DNA of 32,000 bases from NCBI GenBank assembly GCA_964605685.1, contig CAZSDX010000002.1, positions 1-32,000 of the forward strand, read 5' to 3'. The position numbers and the translations under genes were made by a program. The stretch comes from an uncultured Polyangiaceae bacterium (GTDB lineage: Bacteria; Myxococcota_A; Polyangia; Polyangiales; Polyangiaceae). The notes under the pieces were generated by a model. It had not been told where the DNA came from, made no database searches, and saw nothing but the letters and a program-made list of their open reading frames with translations. Position 1 is the stretch's first letter. Each line of letters begins with the position of its first letter. This document shows positions 1-8,017 of this stretch, piece by piece.

Positions 1-96
1 AGCCCGGGCGCGGCGGTAGGCCTCGGCCACCGAGGCGGCGGTGGCCGAGGGGAAATCCTGGATCAAGGTGCCGGTGGCAGGGTTGAGGATCTGCAT
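1..96 (-). CDS. aldehyde dehydrogenase family protein, first 32 codons only (gene runs off the left edge)
   Basis: The complement of 94-96 is ATG, with AAGGAG (complement of 103-108) 6 nt upstream. Translation MQILNPATGTLIQDFPSATAASVAEAYRRARA resembles the NPATGE-type N-terminus of ALDH enzymes. It starts 11 nt after the Fe-ADH stop on the same strand. It is absent from the ORF track because the window truncates it. Confidence 0.55.
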   Translation of the reverse strand, partial: MQILNPATGTLIQDFPSATAASVAEAYRRARA

Positions 97-107
97 GGTC
101 GTCTCCT

Positions 108-1271
108 TCAGAGGGCAGCGGCGAAGAGGGCCTCGAAATCCGCCGGGGTACAGGGGCGGGGGTTGGTCTGGTGGCAGCTATCGCGGGAGGCCACCTCCAC
201 CAGCGCCGGGATGTCCTCCCGGGTGATGGGGCGCCCCCCCTGGATCTGCCCGAGCTTCGCCGGGATGCCGATCTGCTCCTTGAGGGCGGCGAGCCAGCCG
301 ATGAAGGCGGCGGCCCTGGCCTCCTCCGAGCCCTCCTGGGGGGCCCCGGCCACCCGGCCCAGCTCCGCCATCTTCGCGGCGGCGACCTCCAGGTTGAAGC
401 GCATCACGTGGTCGATCATCACGCCGTTGGCCAGCCCGTGGTGCAGGTCCGCCACCGTGGAGAGCGCATGGGCGCAGGAGTGCACCGCCCCCAGATCCTT
501 CTGAAAGGCAACGGCGCCCATCATCGAGCTCATCAGCATGTCGCCCCGCGCCGCCAGGTTCTTGCCGTCGCGCACGGCGACCGGCAGCGCCCGGGCCGCG
601 ATCCGCACGCCCTCCACCGCGATGCCGTCGCAGAGCGGGTGGTAGGCCGGGCACAGGTAGGACTCGACGTTGTGGGTGAGGGCGTCCATGCCCGTGGCGG
701 CGGTGAGCGCGGGGGGCAGGTCCACGGTCAGCTCCGGGTCGGCGAAGACGACCCTCGCCAGCAGCTTCGGCGAGAAGAGGATCTTCTTGATGTGGGTCTC
801 GTCGTCGGACACCACGCTGGAGCGCCCCACCTCCGAGCCGGTCCCCGCCGTCGTCGGCAGCGCCACCCAGGGGGCAACCTCCCCGTCCATGGGCCTCACC
901 TGCGGGTGATCCCAGGCGTACTCCAGCGCCTTGCCCGGGTGCGTGGCCAGCAGCGCCACCGCCTTGGCGACGTCCAGCGCCGCCCCGCCTCCCAGGCCGA
1001 TCACCGCGTCGGCGTCGTGGGCCCGGAACGCCTCGGCCCCTCGGTCCGCCTGGCTGGCCAGCGGGTTCCCGGTGATGTCCGAGAAGACACCGACCTGAAG
1101 ACCGGAGAGCTCCGCCAGGAAGGACGGGAGCAGGGGCAAGGCGGCGATGCCGCGGTCGGTGACCAGCAGCGGGCGCCGGAAGCCCTGGGAGAGCAGGTAC
1201 TCGGCCACCAGCTTGCGGGCGCCGGGGCCAAAATGAATCGTGGTCGGGAAGCTGAATCGATCGATCCCCAT
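108..1271 (-). CDS. iron-containing (group III) alcohol dehydrogenase
   Basis: 387-aa ORF. It has GLGGGAALDVAKAVA (the Fe-ADH GGGS-x-D-x-AK-type motif) and a His-rich metal-ligand block, HSCAHALSTVADLHHGLANG. Length is typical of the family. Confidence 0.9.
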   Translation of the reverse strand: MGIDRFSFPTTIHFGPGARKLVAEYLLSQGFRRPLLVTDRGIAALPLLPSFLAELSGLQVGVFSDITGNPLASQADRGAEAFRAHDADAVIGLGGGAALDVAKAVALLATHPGKALEYAWDHPQVRPMDGEVAPWVALPTTAGTGSEVGRSSVVSDDETHIKKILFSPKLLARVVFADPELTVDLPPALTAATGMDALTHNVESYLCPAYHPLCDGIAVEGVRIAARALPVAVRDGKNLAARGDMLMSSMMGAVAFQKDLGAVHSCAHALSTVADLHHGLANGVMIDHVMRFNLEVAAAKMAELGRVAGAPQEGSEEARAAAFIGWLAALKEQIGIPAKLGQIQGGRPITREDIPALVEVASRDSCHQTNPRPCTPADFEALFAAAL

Positions 1272-1540
1272 GGGCCCGGGAGACGAGATCAGCGCAGGGC
1301 CCGCCGCAAGGGGGTTCCCCTTTCCACCTGGATCGGGCCGCGGCTACCAGGGGCACCCAGATAGGGTGCAACCGGAGGGCTCCTCTTTCGCATGATCTTC
1401 CCCGTCCTGCTGCGGGAGGACCCGGCGCACCGCTGCTTTCGTGGCCTGGTGGCAACCGGGGTACCGGGGACCGGGCGCCGGGGTAGGGAGTGCGCTGCCG
1501 CTGGCTTTCAGAGCGGCGATCCGTCAGTCTAACACGATAC

Positions 1541-3028
1541 ATGGAAGCTACGAGCAAGCCGTGGACAGGAAAGGCACAGAGGCGACGGGCGTGGTGGGCA
1601 CTGGCGGGGGTGCTACTCGCGGGGTGCGCGGCCCCGGCGAAGGCGCCACAGACACCGCCCCCGGCGGAGGCCCCGGCGGGGTCGGCGGCTCCGGCACCGA
1701 CGGAAGCGCCGCCCCAGCCACCGCCGGTGAGCACCTTCGTGGCGCCGCTGGCCAACCCGGTGACCATCCAGACGCCGGTGACGGACGTGGCCGGGCTGGC
1801 GCAGCGGCTGATGCCGACGGTGGTGAACATCACGACCTCGCACATTTCCCGGAGCAACCCCCACGAGGGGCTCCCCTTCGGGCCGCCGTTCCGGGGCTCG
1901 GAGCGCCGGTCCAAGTCGCTGGGGACCGGCTTCATCGTCGACCCGACGGGGCTGATCGTCACCAACGCCCACGTGGTCGCGGGGGCCGACGATATCCGGG
2001 TGCGCCTGGCCGACGACCGGGAGTTTGACGCCAAGGTCATCGGCAAGGACACCAAGCTGGACCTGGCCCTGCTCAAGCTGGAGAACGCCTCCGGGCTGGC
2101 GGCGGCGGTGATGGGCGACTCCGACGGGCTCCGGGTGGGGGACTGGGTGGTGGCCATCGGCAACCCCTTCGGCCTGGGGCACACGGTCACCATCGGGATC
2201 ACCAGCGCCAAGGGCCGCTCCATCGGCGCCGGCCCCTACGACGACTTCATCCAGACCGACGCCTCCATCAACCCAGGGAACTCCGGCGGGCCCCTGTTCA
2301 ACCTCAAGGGCGAGGTCGTCGGCATCCCCACCGCCATCCGGCAGAACGCCCAGGGGATCGGCTTCGCCGTGCCGGTCAACGCCCTCAAGGAGGTGCTCCC
2401 TCAGCTCCGCGACAAGGGCAGCGTCAGCCGGGGCAAACTGGGGGTCCGTATCCAGCCCCTCACCAGCGAGCTGGCCCAGGGTCTCGGCCTTGACAAACCA
2501 CGCGGCGCTCTGGTCTCCAACGTGGAGCCCAACAGCGCCGGCTCCAAGGCCGGGGTCCAGCCTGGCGACGTGATCACCCACGTCAACGGCCTGGTGGTCC
2601 ACCACGCCGACGATCTCCCCCGGATGGTGGCCCGCCACCAGCCCGGCGCGAGGATCAAGATCACCGTCTTCCGCGGGGGAAAGGCCTCCCAGCTCGACGC
2701 CGTGCTCGACCCGCTCCTCGATGACCCGGAGGATGACCCCGCCCCTTCCGGCCCCAGCAAACCAGGGCCCGAGCCGTCCAGCCGCCTCGGTATCCAGATC
2801 GACGACGCCCCCAGCGGAAACGGCGCCCGGGTCCGGGTCATCTCCCCCACCTCTCTCGCCGCCGGTCAGCTCCTGCCGGGGGACATCATCGTCGAGATCA
2901 ACAAGCAACCCGTCCGGAACTCCGCCGAGGCGATGAAGCTCACCGAGAACGTCGCCCCGGGCCAGGTGCTCCTCCTCAAGATCCGGCGCGGAACGGACCA
3001 TCGCTTCGTCGCCATCAAGGTGAAATGA
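1541..3028 (+). CDS. HtrA/DegP/DegQ-family periplasmic serine endoprotease with two PDZ domains (lipoprotein-type signal)
   Basis: Catalytic triad contexts are TNAHVV, DLALLKL and GNSGGPLFN. Two PDZ-like C-terminal segments are present (GALVSNVEPNSAGSKAGVQPGDVI and ARVRVISPTSLAAGQLLPGDIIVEIN). I prefer the ATG at 1541 (MEATSK...WWALAGVLLAGC, lipobox LAGC) over the ORF-track start at 1490. Confidence 0.9.
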   Translation: MEATSKPWTGKAQRRRAWWALAGVLLAGCAAPAKAPQTPPPAEAPAGSAAPAPTEAPPQPPPVSTFVAPLANPVTIQTPVTDVAGLAQRLMPTVVNITTSHISRSNPHEGLPFGPPFRGSERRSKSLGTGFIVDPTGLIVTNAHVVAGADDIRVRLADDREFDAKVIGKDTKLDLALLKLENASGLAAAVMGDSDGLRVGDWVVAIGNPFGLGHTVTIGITSAKGRSIGAGPYDDFIQTDASINPGNSGGPLFNLKGEVVGIPTAIRQNAQGIGFAVPVNALKEVLPQLRDKGSVSRGKLGVRIQPLTSELAQGLGLDKPRGALVSNVEPNSAGSKAGVQPGDVITHVNGLVVHHADDLPRMVARHQPGARIKITVFRGGKASQLDAVLDPLLDDPEDDPAPSGPSKPGPEPSSRLGIQIDDAPSGNGARVRVISPTSLAAGQLLPGDIIVEINKQPVRNSAEAMKLTENVAPGQVLLLKIRRGTDHRFVAIKVK

Positions 3029-5178
3029 CCCCAGCGCAGCCCCGGACAGAGGATCGGGGCCGGGGGCACAGGGGACGCGCCGCGCTCCTCTCGCTGGCGC
3101 TCGTCGCCGCCTGCTCCTCCCACGATCCCCCCGCGGAGGCTCCTCCCGCTTACCCGCGGCGCTCCTGCGAGACGTTCCTGTTTGCCCGGCCCGAGACGCC
3201 GGTCCAGCGGGTCTCCGTGCTGGGGAGCTGGGATGGGTGGGCGCTCCCCGGAACCCCCATGAGCCCCCACCCGACCCGGGCAGGCTGGTGGGCCATGGGT
3301 GTAAATCTACCCCCAGGGGAGTACGGCTACCTGCTGCAAGAAGACGGGGCGAGCCTGCTGGACCCGCAGAACCCGCTGACCACCTTCCGGGGGAGTGACG
3401 AGGTGTCGCTGCTGTCGGTGGAGGATTGCCGGGAGGCAGCGCTGGAGATCGAGGAGAGCCGAGGCGCGGCGCCGGGGGCGATCCGGCTTTCGGGGCGGTA
3501 CGTGGCGGCGGAGCAGGGAGGGCCGCTGCGGGAGGTCACCGCGCGGGTGGGCGACCAGGCGCTGCGCGTGGAGAAACTCGACCCGTCGACGGGGAGCTTC
3601 GAGGTGGCCGGGGAGGGGTTTCCGCGGGGACGTTACACGGTGGAGATCCTCGCGGGGGACGGGGCGGGGCGCGAGGCCCGGGCGCGCCCCGGGGTGTGGG
3701 TGGAGCCGGCGGCGGAGCGGTGGGGTGAGGGGCTGCTCTACCAGGTGGTGGTGGACCGGTACCGGGGCGATGGAGGGGTGGCGCTGGAGCCTCCGCCCAC
3801 GCCCGGGTCCAGGGCCGGCGGGACGCTGGACGGGCTACGGGCAGAGATCGAGCGAGGTACCTTCGAGGAGCTGGGGGTCACCGCCTTCTGGCTCTCGCCA
3901 GCCTACGTGAACCCGGAGGGCTCGTTCCCCGGGCGCGATGGCCGGATGTACGAGGGATACCATGGCTACTGGCCCCTCGACTCCCGCAAGGTTGACCCGA
4001 AGATCGGCGGCGCCGACGCGCTGCGGGCAGTGATCGACGCGGCGCACCGCCGGGGCATGAAGGTGCTGCTGGACGTGGTGCCCAACCACGTCTTCGTGGA
4101 CAACCCGCTGTTCCAGGCGCGGAAGGGTCAGGGGTGGTTCAACGAGGGGAACGCCTGCGTGTGTGGGCTCCCCGGGTGCGACTGGGGGACGAACATCCAG
4201 ACCTGCTGGTTCACGCCGTACCTGCCCGATGTTCGCTGGCAGAATCCGGAGGCCGCCCGGCTCCAGGTGGAGGACGTTCGCTGGTGGGTCGACACCTTCG
4301 GCGCCGACGGCGTGCGGGTGGATGCGGTCCCGATGATGCCGCGGGCCGCCACCCGCCGGATCACCCGCGCGCTACGCCAGGGAACCCCGCAGGATGACCC
4401 GCCCTTCGTCCTGGGGGAAGTGTTCACCGGCCCCGGTCCCGACGGGATCGCCCAGATCCGCTACTTCCTCGGACCGCACACCCTGGACAGCGCCTTCGAT
4501 TTCCCGCTGATGTGGGCGCTCCGGGACGCGGTGGCCACGGATCGGGCGGGCTTCGACGCGGTGGAGGGGATCCTGGCGGCGACGGACGCGGCCCTCGAAG
4601 GCTCCGGAGCGGTGCGAGCGCCGATGCTGGGGAACCACGACGTGACCCGGTTCCTGTCGGCGGCGGCGGGGGACGACGGCAACGACCCGTGGGCGGCTCC
4701 TCCGCCACGCCCCTCGGATCCAGGTGTCTTCGCGCGCCACCGTCTCGGCCTCGCCCTGGTGCTGACGCTGCCGGGGATGCCGGTGCTCTACTACGGTGAC
4801 GAGCTGGGGCTCCCTGGCGCCTCGGACCCGGACTGCCGCCGGGTGATGCCCGCCTACGAGGGGCTCCCTGCGGAGGAGGCCGCCTCCCTGGACCTGGCAC
4901 GGCGCCTGGGGTCACTCCGGCGGTGCTCGGCGGCGCTGCGGCGAGGGACCCGGGCGCCGCTGCTGGTGAGCCGCGACGGGTACGGCTTCCGGCGGGATGC
5001 CGACGGAGAGACCGCCGTGGTGCTGGTGGTCAAGGGGGAGGGACCGATCACCTTCCCGCTGCCGCCGGGGAGATTCCGGGACGCCCTGGACCCGGCGCAC
5101 CCGGAGGTGAGCGGCACGGTCCAGGTCGCGCCCTTCGCGCCTCGGGTCTTGCTCTCGACCTCGAACGGGTGTTTCTGA
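3025..5178 (+). CDS. GH13 alpha-amylase-family glycoside hydrolase, lipoprotein, with an N-terminal E-set/CBM48-like domain
   Basis: The four GH13 conserved regions are present: LLDVVPNHV, DGVRVDAVPMMP, VLGEVF and LGNHDVTRF, plus YYGDELG. Lipobox is LVAAC. Its ATG overlaps the htrA stop (ATGA at 3025-3028). Confidence 0.85.
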   Translation: MTPAQPRTEDRGRGHRGRAALLSLALVAACSSHDPPAEAPPAYPRRSCETFLFARPETPVQRVSVLGSWDGWALPGTPMSPHPTRAGWWAMGVNLPPGEYGYLLQEDGASLLDPQNPLTTFRGSDEVSLLSVEDCREAALEIEESRGAAPGAIRLSGRYVAAEQGGPLREVTARVGDQALRVEKLDPSTGSFEVAGEGFPRGRYTVEILAGDGAGREARARPGVWVEPAAERWGEGLLYQVVVDRYRGDGGVALEPPPTPGSRAGGTLDGLRAEIERGTFEELGVTAFWLSPAYVNPEGSFPGRDGRMYEGYHGYWPLDSRKVDPKIGGADALRAVIDAAHRRGMKVLLDVVPNHVFVDNPLFQARKGQGWFNEGNACVCGLPGCDWGTNIQTCWFTPYLPDVRWQNPEAARLQVEDVRWWVDTFGADGVRVDAVPMMPRAATRRITRALRQGTPQDDPPFVLGEVFTGPGPDGIAQIRYFLGPHTLDSAFDFPLMWALRDAVATDRAGFDAVEGILAATDAALEGSGAVRAPMLGNHDVTRFLSAAAGDDGNDPWAAPPPRPSDPGVFARHRLGLALVLTLPGMPVLYYGDELGLPGASDPDCRRVMPAYEGLPAEEAASLDLARRLGSLRRCSAALRRGTRAPLLVSRDGYGFRRDADGETAVVLVVKGEGPITFPLPPGRFRDALDPAHPEVSGTVQVAPFAPRVLLSTSNGCF

Positions 5179-5183
5179 GGCGG

Positions 5184-6290
5184 GTGGAGCGACCGTCCAC
5201 GTCCGTCGTCTGCTGGGAGCTGGCCCGGGTGTTCACCTGGCTGGGGATCACGTCCTTTGGCGGCCCTGCGGCCCACGTGGCGCTGATGGAGCGAGAGCTG
5301 GTGGAGCGCCGCCGCTGGCTGGATCGGGAGGAATTCCTCGATCTGATCGGGCTGACGCAGCTCATCCCGGGGCCCAACTCGACGGAGCTGGCCATCGCCA
5401 TCGGGCAGCGCAGGGCGGGCACCGCGGGGCTGCTGGTGGCGGGCGTGTGCTTCACGCTCCCGGCGGCGCTGCTGGTGGGGGCGCTGGCCCACGGGTACCT
5501 GCGCTTCCGGGGGCTCCCCGGGGTGGATGGTCCTTTCCGGCTGCTGAAGCCCGCGGTGGTTGCGGTGGTCGCCGACGCGATGCTCCGGCTCGCCCCGTCC
5601 GCCGCGCGGCAGCCCCGGCTGGCGGCGATCCTGGGGGCGGCGGCGGCGGCCTCACTGCTTGGCGCCAGCGAGCTGCCGGTGGTGGTGCTCGGGGGACTCA
5701 TCGCCCTCGGCACCTTCCGCGGTTTTGCCGGCTTCGCTGCGGCTCCGCTGCTCTCCGGCGCGGCCGCGCCGCCCTCGGTGGCCGGCCTCTTCGGCTACTT
5801 CTTCCAGGTGGGGTCGGTGCTCTACGGGAGCGGTTACGTGCTGCTGGCGTTCCTCCGCAGCGGTCTCGTGGAGGAGCGCCGCTGGATCACCGAGGCGCAG
5901 CTCCTCGACGCCATCGCCGTCGGCCAGTTCACCCCGGGCCCGGTCTTCACCACGGCGACCTTCCTCGGGTACCTGATCGGGGGAGCCCCCGGGGCGGCCG
6001 CCGCGACCCTTGGCATCTTTGCGCCCGCGTTCCTGCTGATCGCCCTGGTGGGGACGCTGCTGAGGGTACTTCTGCTCCGACCTTGGTTCCGCCCGTTCCT
6101 GGACGGGGTCAACGCGGCCTCCCTGGGGTTGCTGCTGGCGGTGGTGCTGAGGCTGGGGGAGGCGTCGCTGGCGGGGGCCCTGCCGGCAGCGGTGGGGGTG
6201 GTGTCGTTTGTGATCCTGGTGCGATGGAAGATCAACAGCGCCTGGGTGATGGGCGGCGCGGCGCTGCTGGGGTGGCTGCTGCGTTCCTGA
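5184..6290 (+). CDS. chrA: chromate transporter (CHR family, two-domain ChrA-like)
   Basis: There are two CHR repeats. The first is LGITSFGGPAAHVALMERELVERRRWLDREEFLDLIGLTQLIPGPNS. The second is QVGSVLYGSGYVLLAFLRSGLVEERRWITEAQLLDAIAVGQFTPGPVF. The ORF-track start at 4923 lies inside the GH13 gene. The first in-frame start after its stop is the GTG at 5184, so the start remains uncertain. Confidence 0.8.
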   Translation: MERPSTSVVCWELARVFTWLGITSFGGPAAHVALMERELVERRRWLDREEFLDLIGLTQLIPGPNSTELAIAIGQRRAGTAGLLVAGVCFTLPAALLVGALAHGYLRFRGLPGVDGPFRLLKPAVVAVVADAMLRLAPSAARQPRLAAILGAAAAASLLGASELPVVVLGGLIALGTFRGFAGFAAAPLLSGAAAPPSVAGLFGYFFQVGSVLYGSGYVLLAFLRSGLVEERRWITEAQLLDAIAVGQFTPGPVFTTATFLGYLIGGAPGAAAATLGIFAPAFLLIALVGTLLRVLLLRPWFRPFLDGVNAASLGLLLAVVLRLGEASLAGALPAAVGVVSFVILVRWKINSAWVMGGAALLGWLLRS

Positions 6291-6338
6291 TTTTTTGGCG
6301 CCGCCGGGTCGTGAGGGAAGGAACGCGCCCGGCAGGGA

Positions 6339-7073
6339 TCACTTGAGCCCGGGGAGGGTACCGGGGGTGGGAGGGGGCTCGTCGTACTTGAGGGATTTGT
6401 AAGTGATGATGCCGGTGACCGGATTCGCCTCGACGCCCTGGGAAGCGAGGGTGAAGGTGGAGCCGAACTTGCCGACGACGGTGACCTTGGCCTCCTTGTT
6501 GGGGACCGGGTTGGGCACATCGGAGCCCCACTTGTTCTTCACCAGCTCCTTGACGTTGGGCTTCTTGTAAGCCTGCACGGCGTCGTAGATGTCGGCGTAG
6601 TTACCGGCCCAGCCCATGACGGGGATGGACTGGTTCTCGGGGGCATTCTTCTCGTCGGCGATCCAGAAGGCGGGGACGGGGGGAGGATTCTTCTCGCAGT
6701 CGGGGCCGTCCTTCTTGCCGGTCTTGTGCACGGCGCAGGGGGGGGCCTCGTTGAGGTTGGTCTTGACGATGTAGCCGGAGACGGTGATGGACTCCTGCTC
6801 CAGGAGCTTCTCGCTGTGGATGCGGCTTCGGAAGTCGTGGATCAGCCCGGCGACCGTGTAAACCTCGCCGTTCTTCTTGGGCTTGCTGGAGAGGTTGGGC
6901 ACATCGGGGAGCTTGGCGGCCCGGCCACTGTAGGCGGGCTTGGGCTTGTATTCGTTCTCTTTCCCCCCGCCGCAGCCGGGGCCGACGGCCGCGAAGGAGA
7001 CGAGGGCGGTGGCGGCCAGGACAAGGCCAGCGGGGCCCGCGAGGTGGGCCAGGGGGGCGGTGGGGCGGGGCAT
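6339..7073 (-). CDS. hypothetical lipoprotein (Lys/Pro-rich)
   Basis: The internal ATG at 7073 gives MPRPTAPLAHLAGPAGLVLAATALVSFAAVGPGC, a signal peptide with a lipobox Cys. Upstream of it the ORF-track sequence looks non-coding. I recognise no family. Confidence 0.6.
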   Translation of the reverse strand: MPRPTAPLAHLAGPAGLVLAATALVSFAAVGPGCGGGKENEYKPKPAYSGRAAKLPDVPNLSSKPKKNGEVYTVAGLIHDFRSRIHSEKLLEQESITVSGYIVKTNLNEAPPCAVHKTGKKDGPDCEKNPPPVPAFWIADEKNAPENQSIPVMGWAGNYADIYDAVQAYKKPNVKELVKNKWGSDVPNPVPNKEAKVTVVGKFGSTFTLASQGVEANPVTGIITYKSLKYDEPPPTPGTLPGLK

Positions 7074-7215
7074 CGGTGCGGCAACACCGCTATCACGCGC
7101 GCGGAACGGACCGCAAGGGTGTCCTGAGCCGGCGGCTTTCCCGGCGGTCCGGGGTGCTTCTTTTCGTGGATCCGTGGCCACCGTGCTACCTTCCGAGGAG
7201 CCTCTCCAGGACGCC

Positions 7216-8016
7216 ATGCCGATCTTCCACCACAGCATCAAGCAGGTGCACCTCAAGATCGTCTATTACGGCCCGGGGCTCGGGGGGAAGACCACCAACC
7301 TGAAGTACATCCACGGGCACACCCGCAAGGATCTCCGCGGGCGGCTGCTCTCGCTGGCGACGGAGACCGAGCGTACCTTGTTCTTCGACCTGCTGCCCAT
7401 CGAACTGGGCGACTTCCGGGGTTACTCGATCCGGCTGCACCTGTGCACGGTGCCGGGGCAGATCGCTTACGATGAGACCCGGCGGCTGGTGCTGCGCCAC
7501 GTCGACGGCGTGGTCTTCGTCGCCGACTCCCAGGAGTCCATCCTCGACTCCAACCTGGAGAGCATGTCCAACCTCCACACCAACCTGGAGCTGCTCGGGG
7601 AAGACCCCCAGAGGCTCCCGCTGGTGGTGCAATACAACAAGCGTGACCTCCCCACGGCGCTCCCGGTGGAGTACCTCCGGGCGATGCTCGGCGTCCCCGA
7701 CGAGGTTCCCCAGCACGAGGCCATCGCCCGCGACGGCGTCGGCGTCTTCGACACCATGAAGACCATCGTCAAGCAGTGCATGCGCCTGCTCGACGAGCCC
7801 TCGAAATCCCCCAGCGGGCGCTCGCCCTCGATCCTCCCCGGGGCCCGCCCCTCCCTCATCCCGGGGGCACGCCCCCCCGCCGCCCCGGCCCCCCTCTGGC
7901 CCGAGGAGAACAGCGCCGAGATCGCCATCCCCACGGCCCCGGTGCCCAGGTTCCACGTCGAGGCCATCGACGACCCCTTCGCCGACGACGTCCCGGGCCC
8001 CTCCCGCCCCTCGTAA
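7216..8016 (+). CDS. MglA-family Ras-like small GTPase paralogue with a ~75-aa Pro-rich C-terminal extension
   Basis: From the ATG at 7216 the sequence is MPIFHHSIKQVHLKIVYYGPGLGGKTTN...LATETERTLFFD...LCTVPGQ...VVQYNKRDL...GVGVFDT. The P-loop, switch-1 Thr, the MglA-specific TVPGQ (in place of DxxGQ) and NKxD are all present. It is co-linear with Myxococcus MglA as I remember that sequence. Confidence 0.85.
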   Translation: MPIFHHSIKQVHLKIVYYGPGLGGKTTNLKYIHGHTRKDLRGRLLSLATETERTLFFDLLPIELGDFRGYSIRLHLCTVPGQIAYDETRRLVLRHVDGVVFVADSQESILDSNLESMSNLHTNLELLGEDPQRLPLVVQYNKRDLPTALPVEYLRAMLGVPDEVPQHEAIARDGVGVFDTMKTIVKQCMRLLDEPSKSPSGRSPSILPGARPSLIPGARPPAAPAPLWPEENSAEIAIPTAPVPRFHVEAIDDPFADDVPGPSRPS

Positions 8017-8017
8017 G

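Noticed and set aside
1351-1370. Sigma-54-like promoter GGCAC...TGCA upstream of htrA
   Set aside because: The GG and GC elements are separated by 14 nt, against the canonical 10 nt (TGGCAC-N5-TTGC). The spacing is incompatible.
178-2223. 681-aa minus-strand ORF, plus the ORFs 171..1364 (+) and 1613..3001 (-)
   Set aside because: They overlap the motif-supported Fe-ADH and HtrA genes in other frames. Composition is low-complexity Arg/Gly/Pro. They are high-GC shadow ORFs.
6291-6338. Possible bidirectional terminator between chrA and the lipoprotein (T-run TTTTTTGG followed by GCCGGG...CCCGGC)
   Set aside because: The stem is only 6 bp with a ~19-nt loop, and the T-run precedes the stem where a terminator would have it following. 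This is not convincing.
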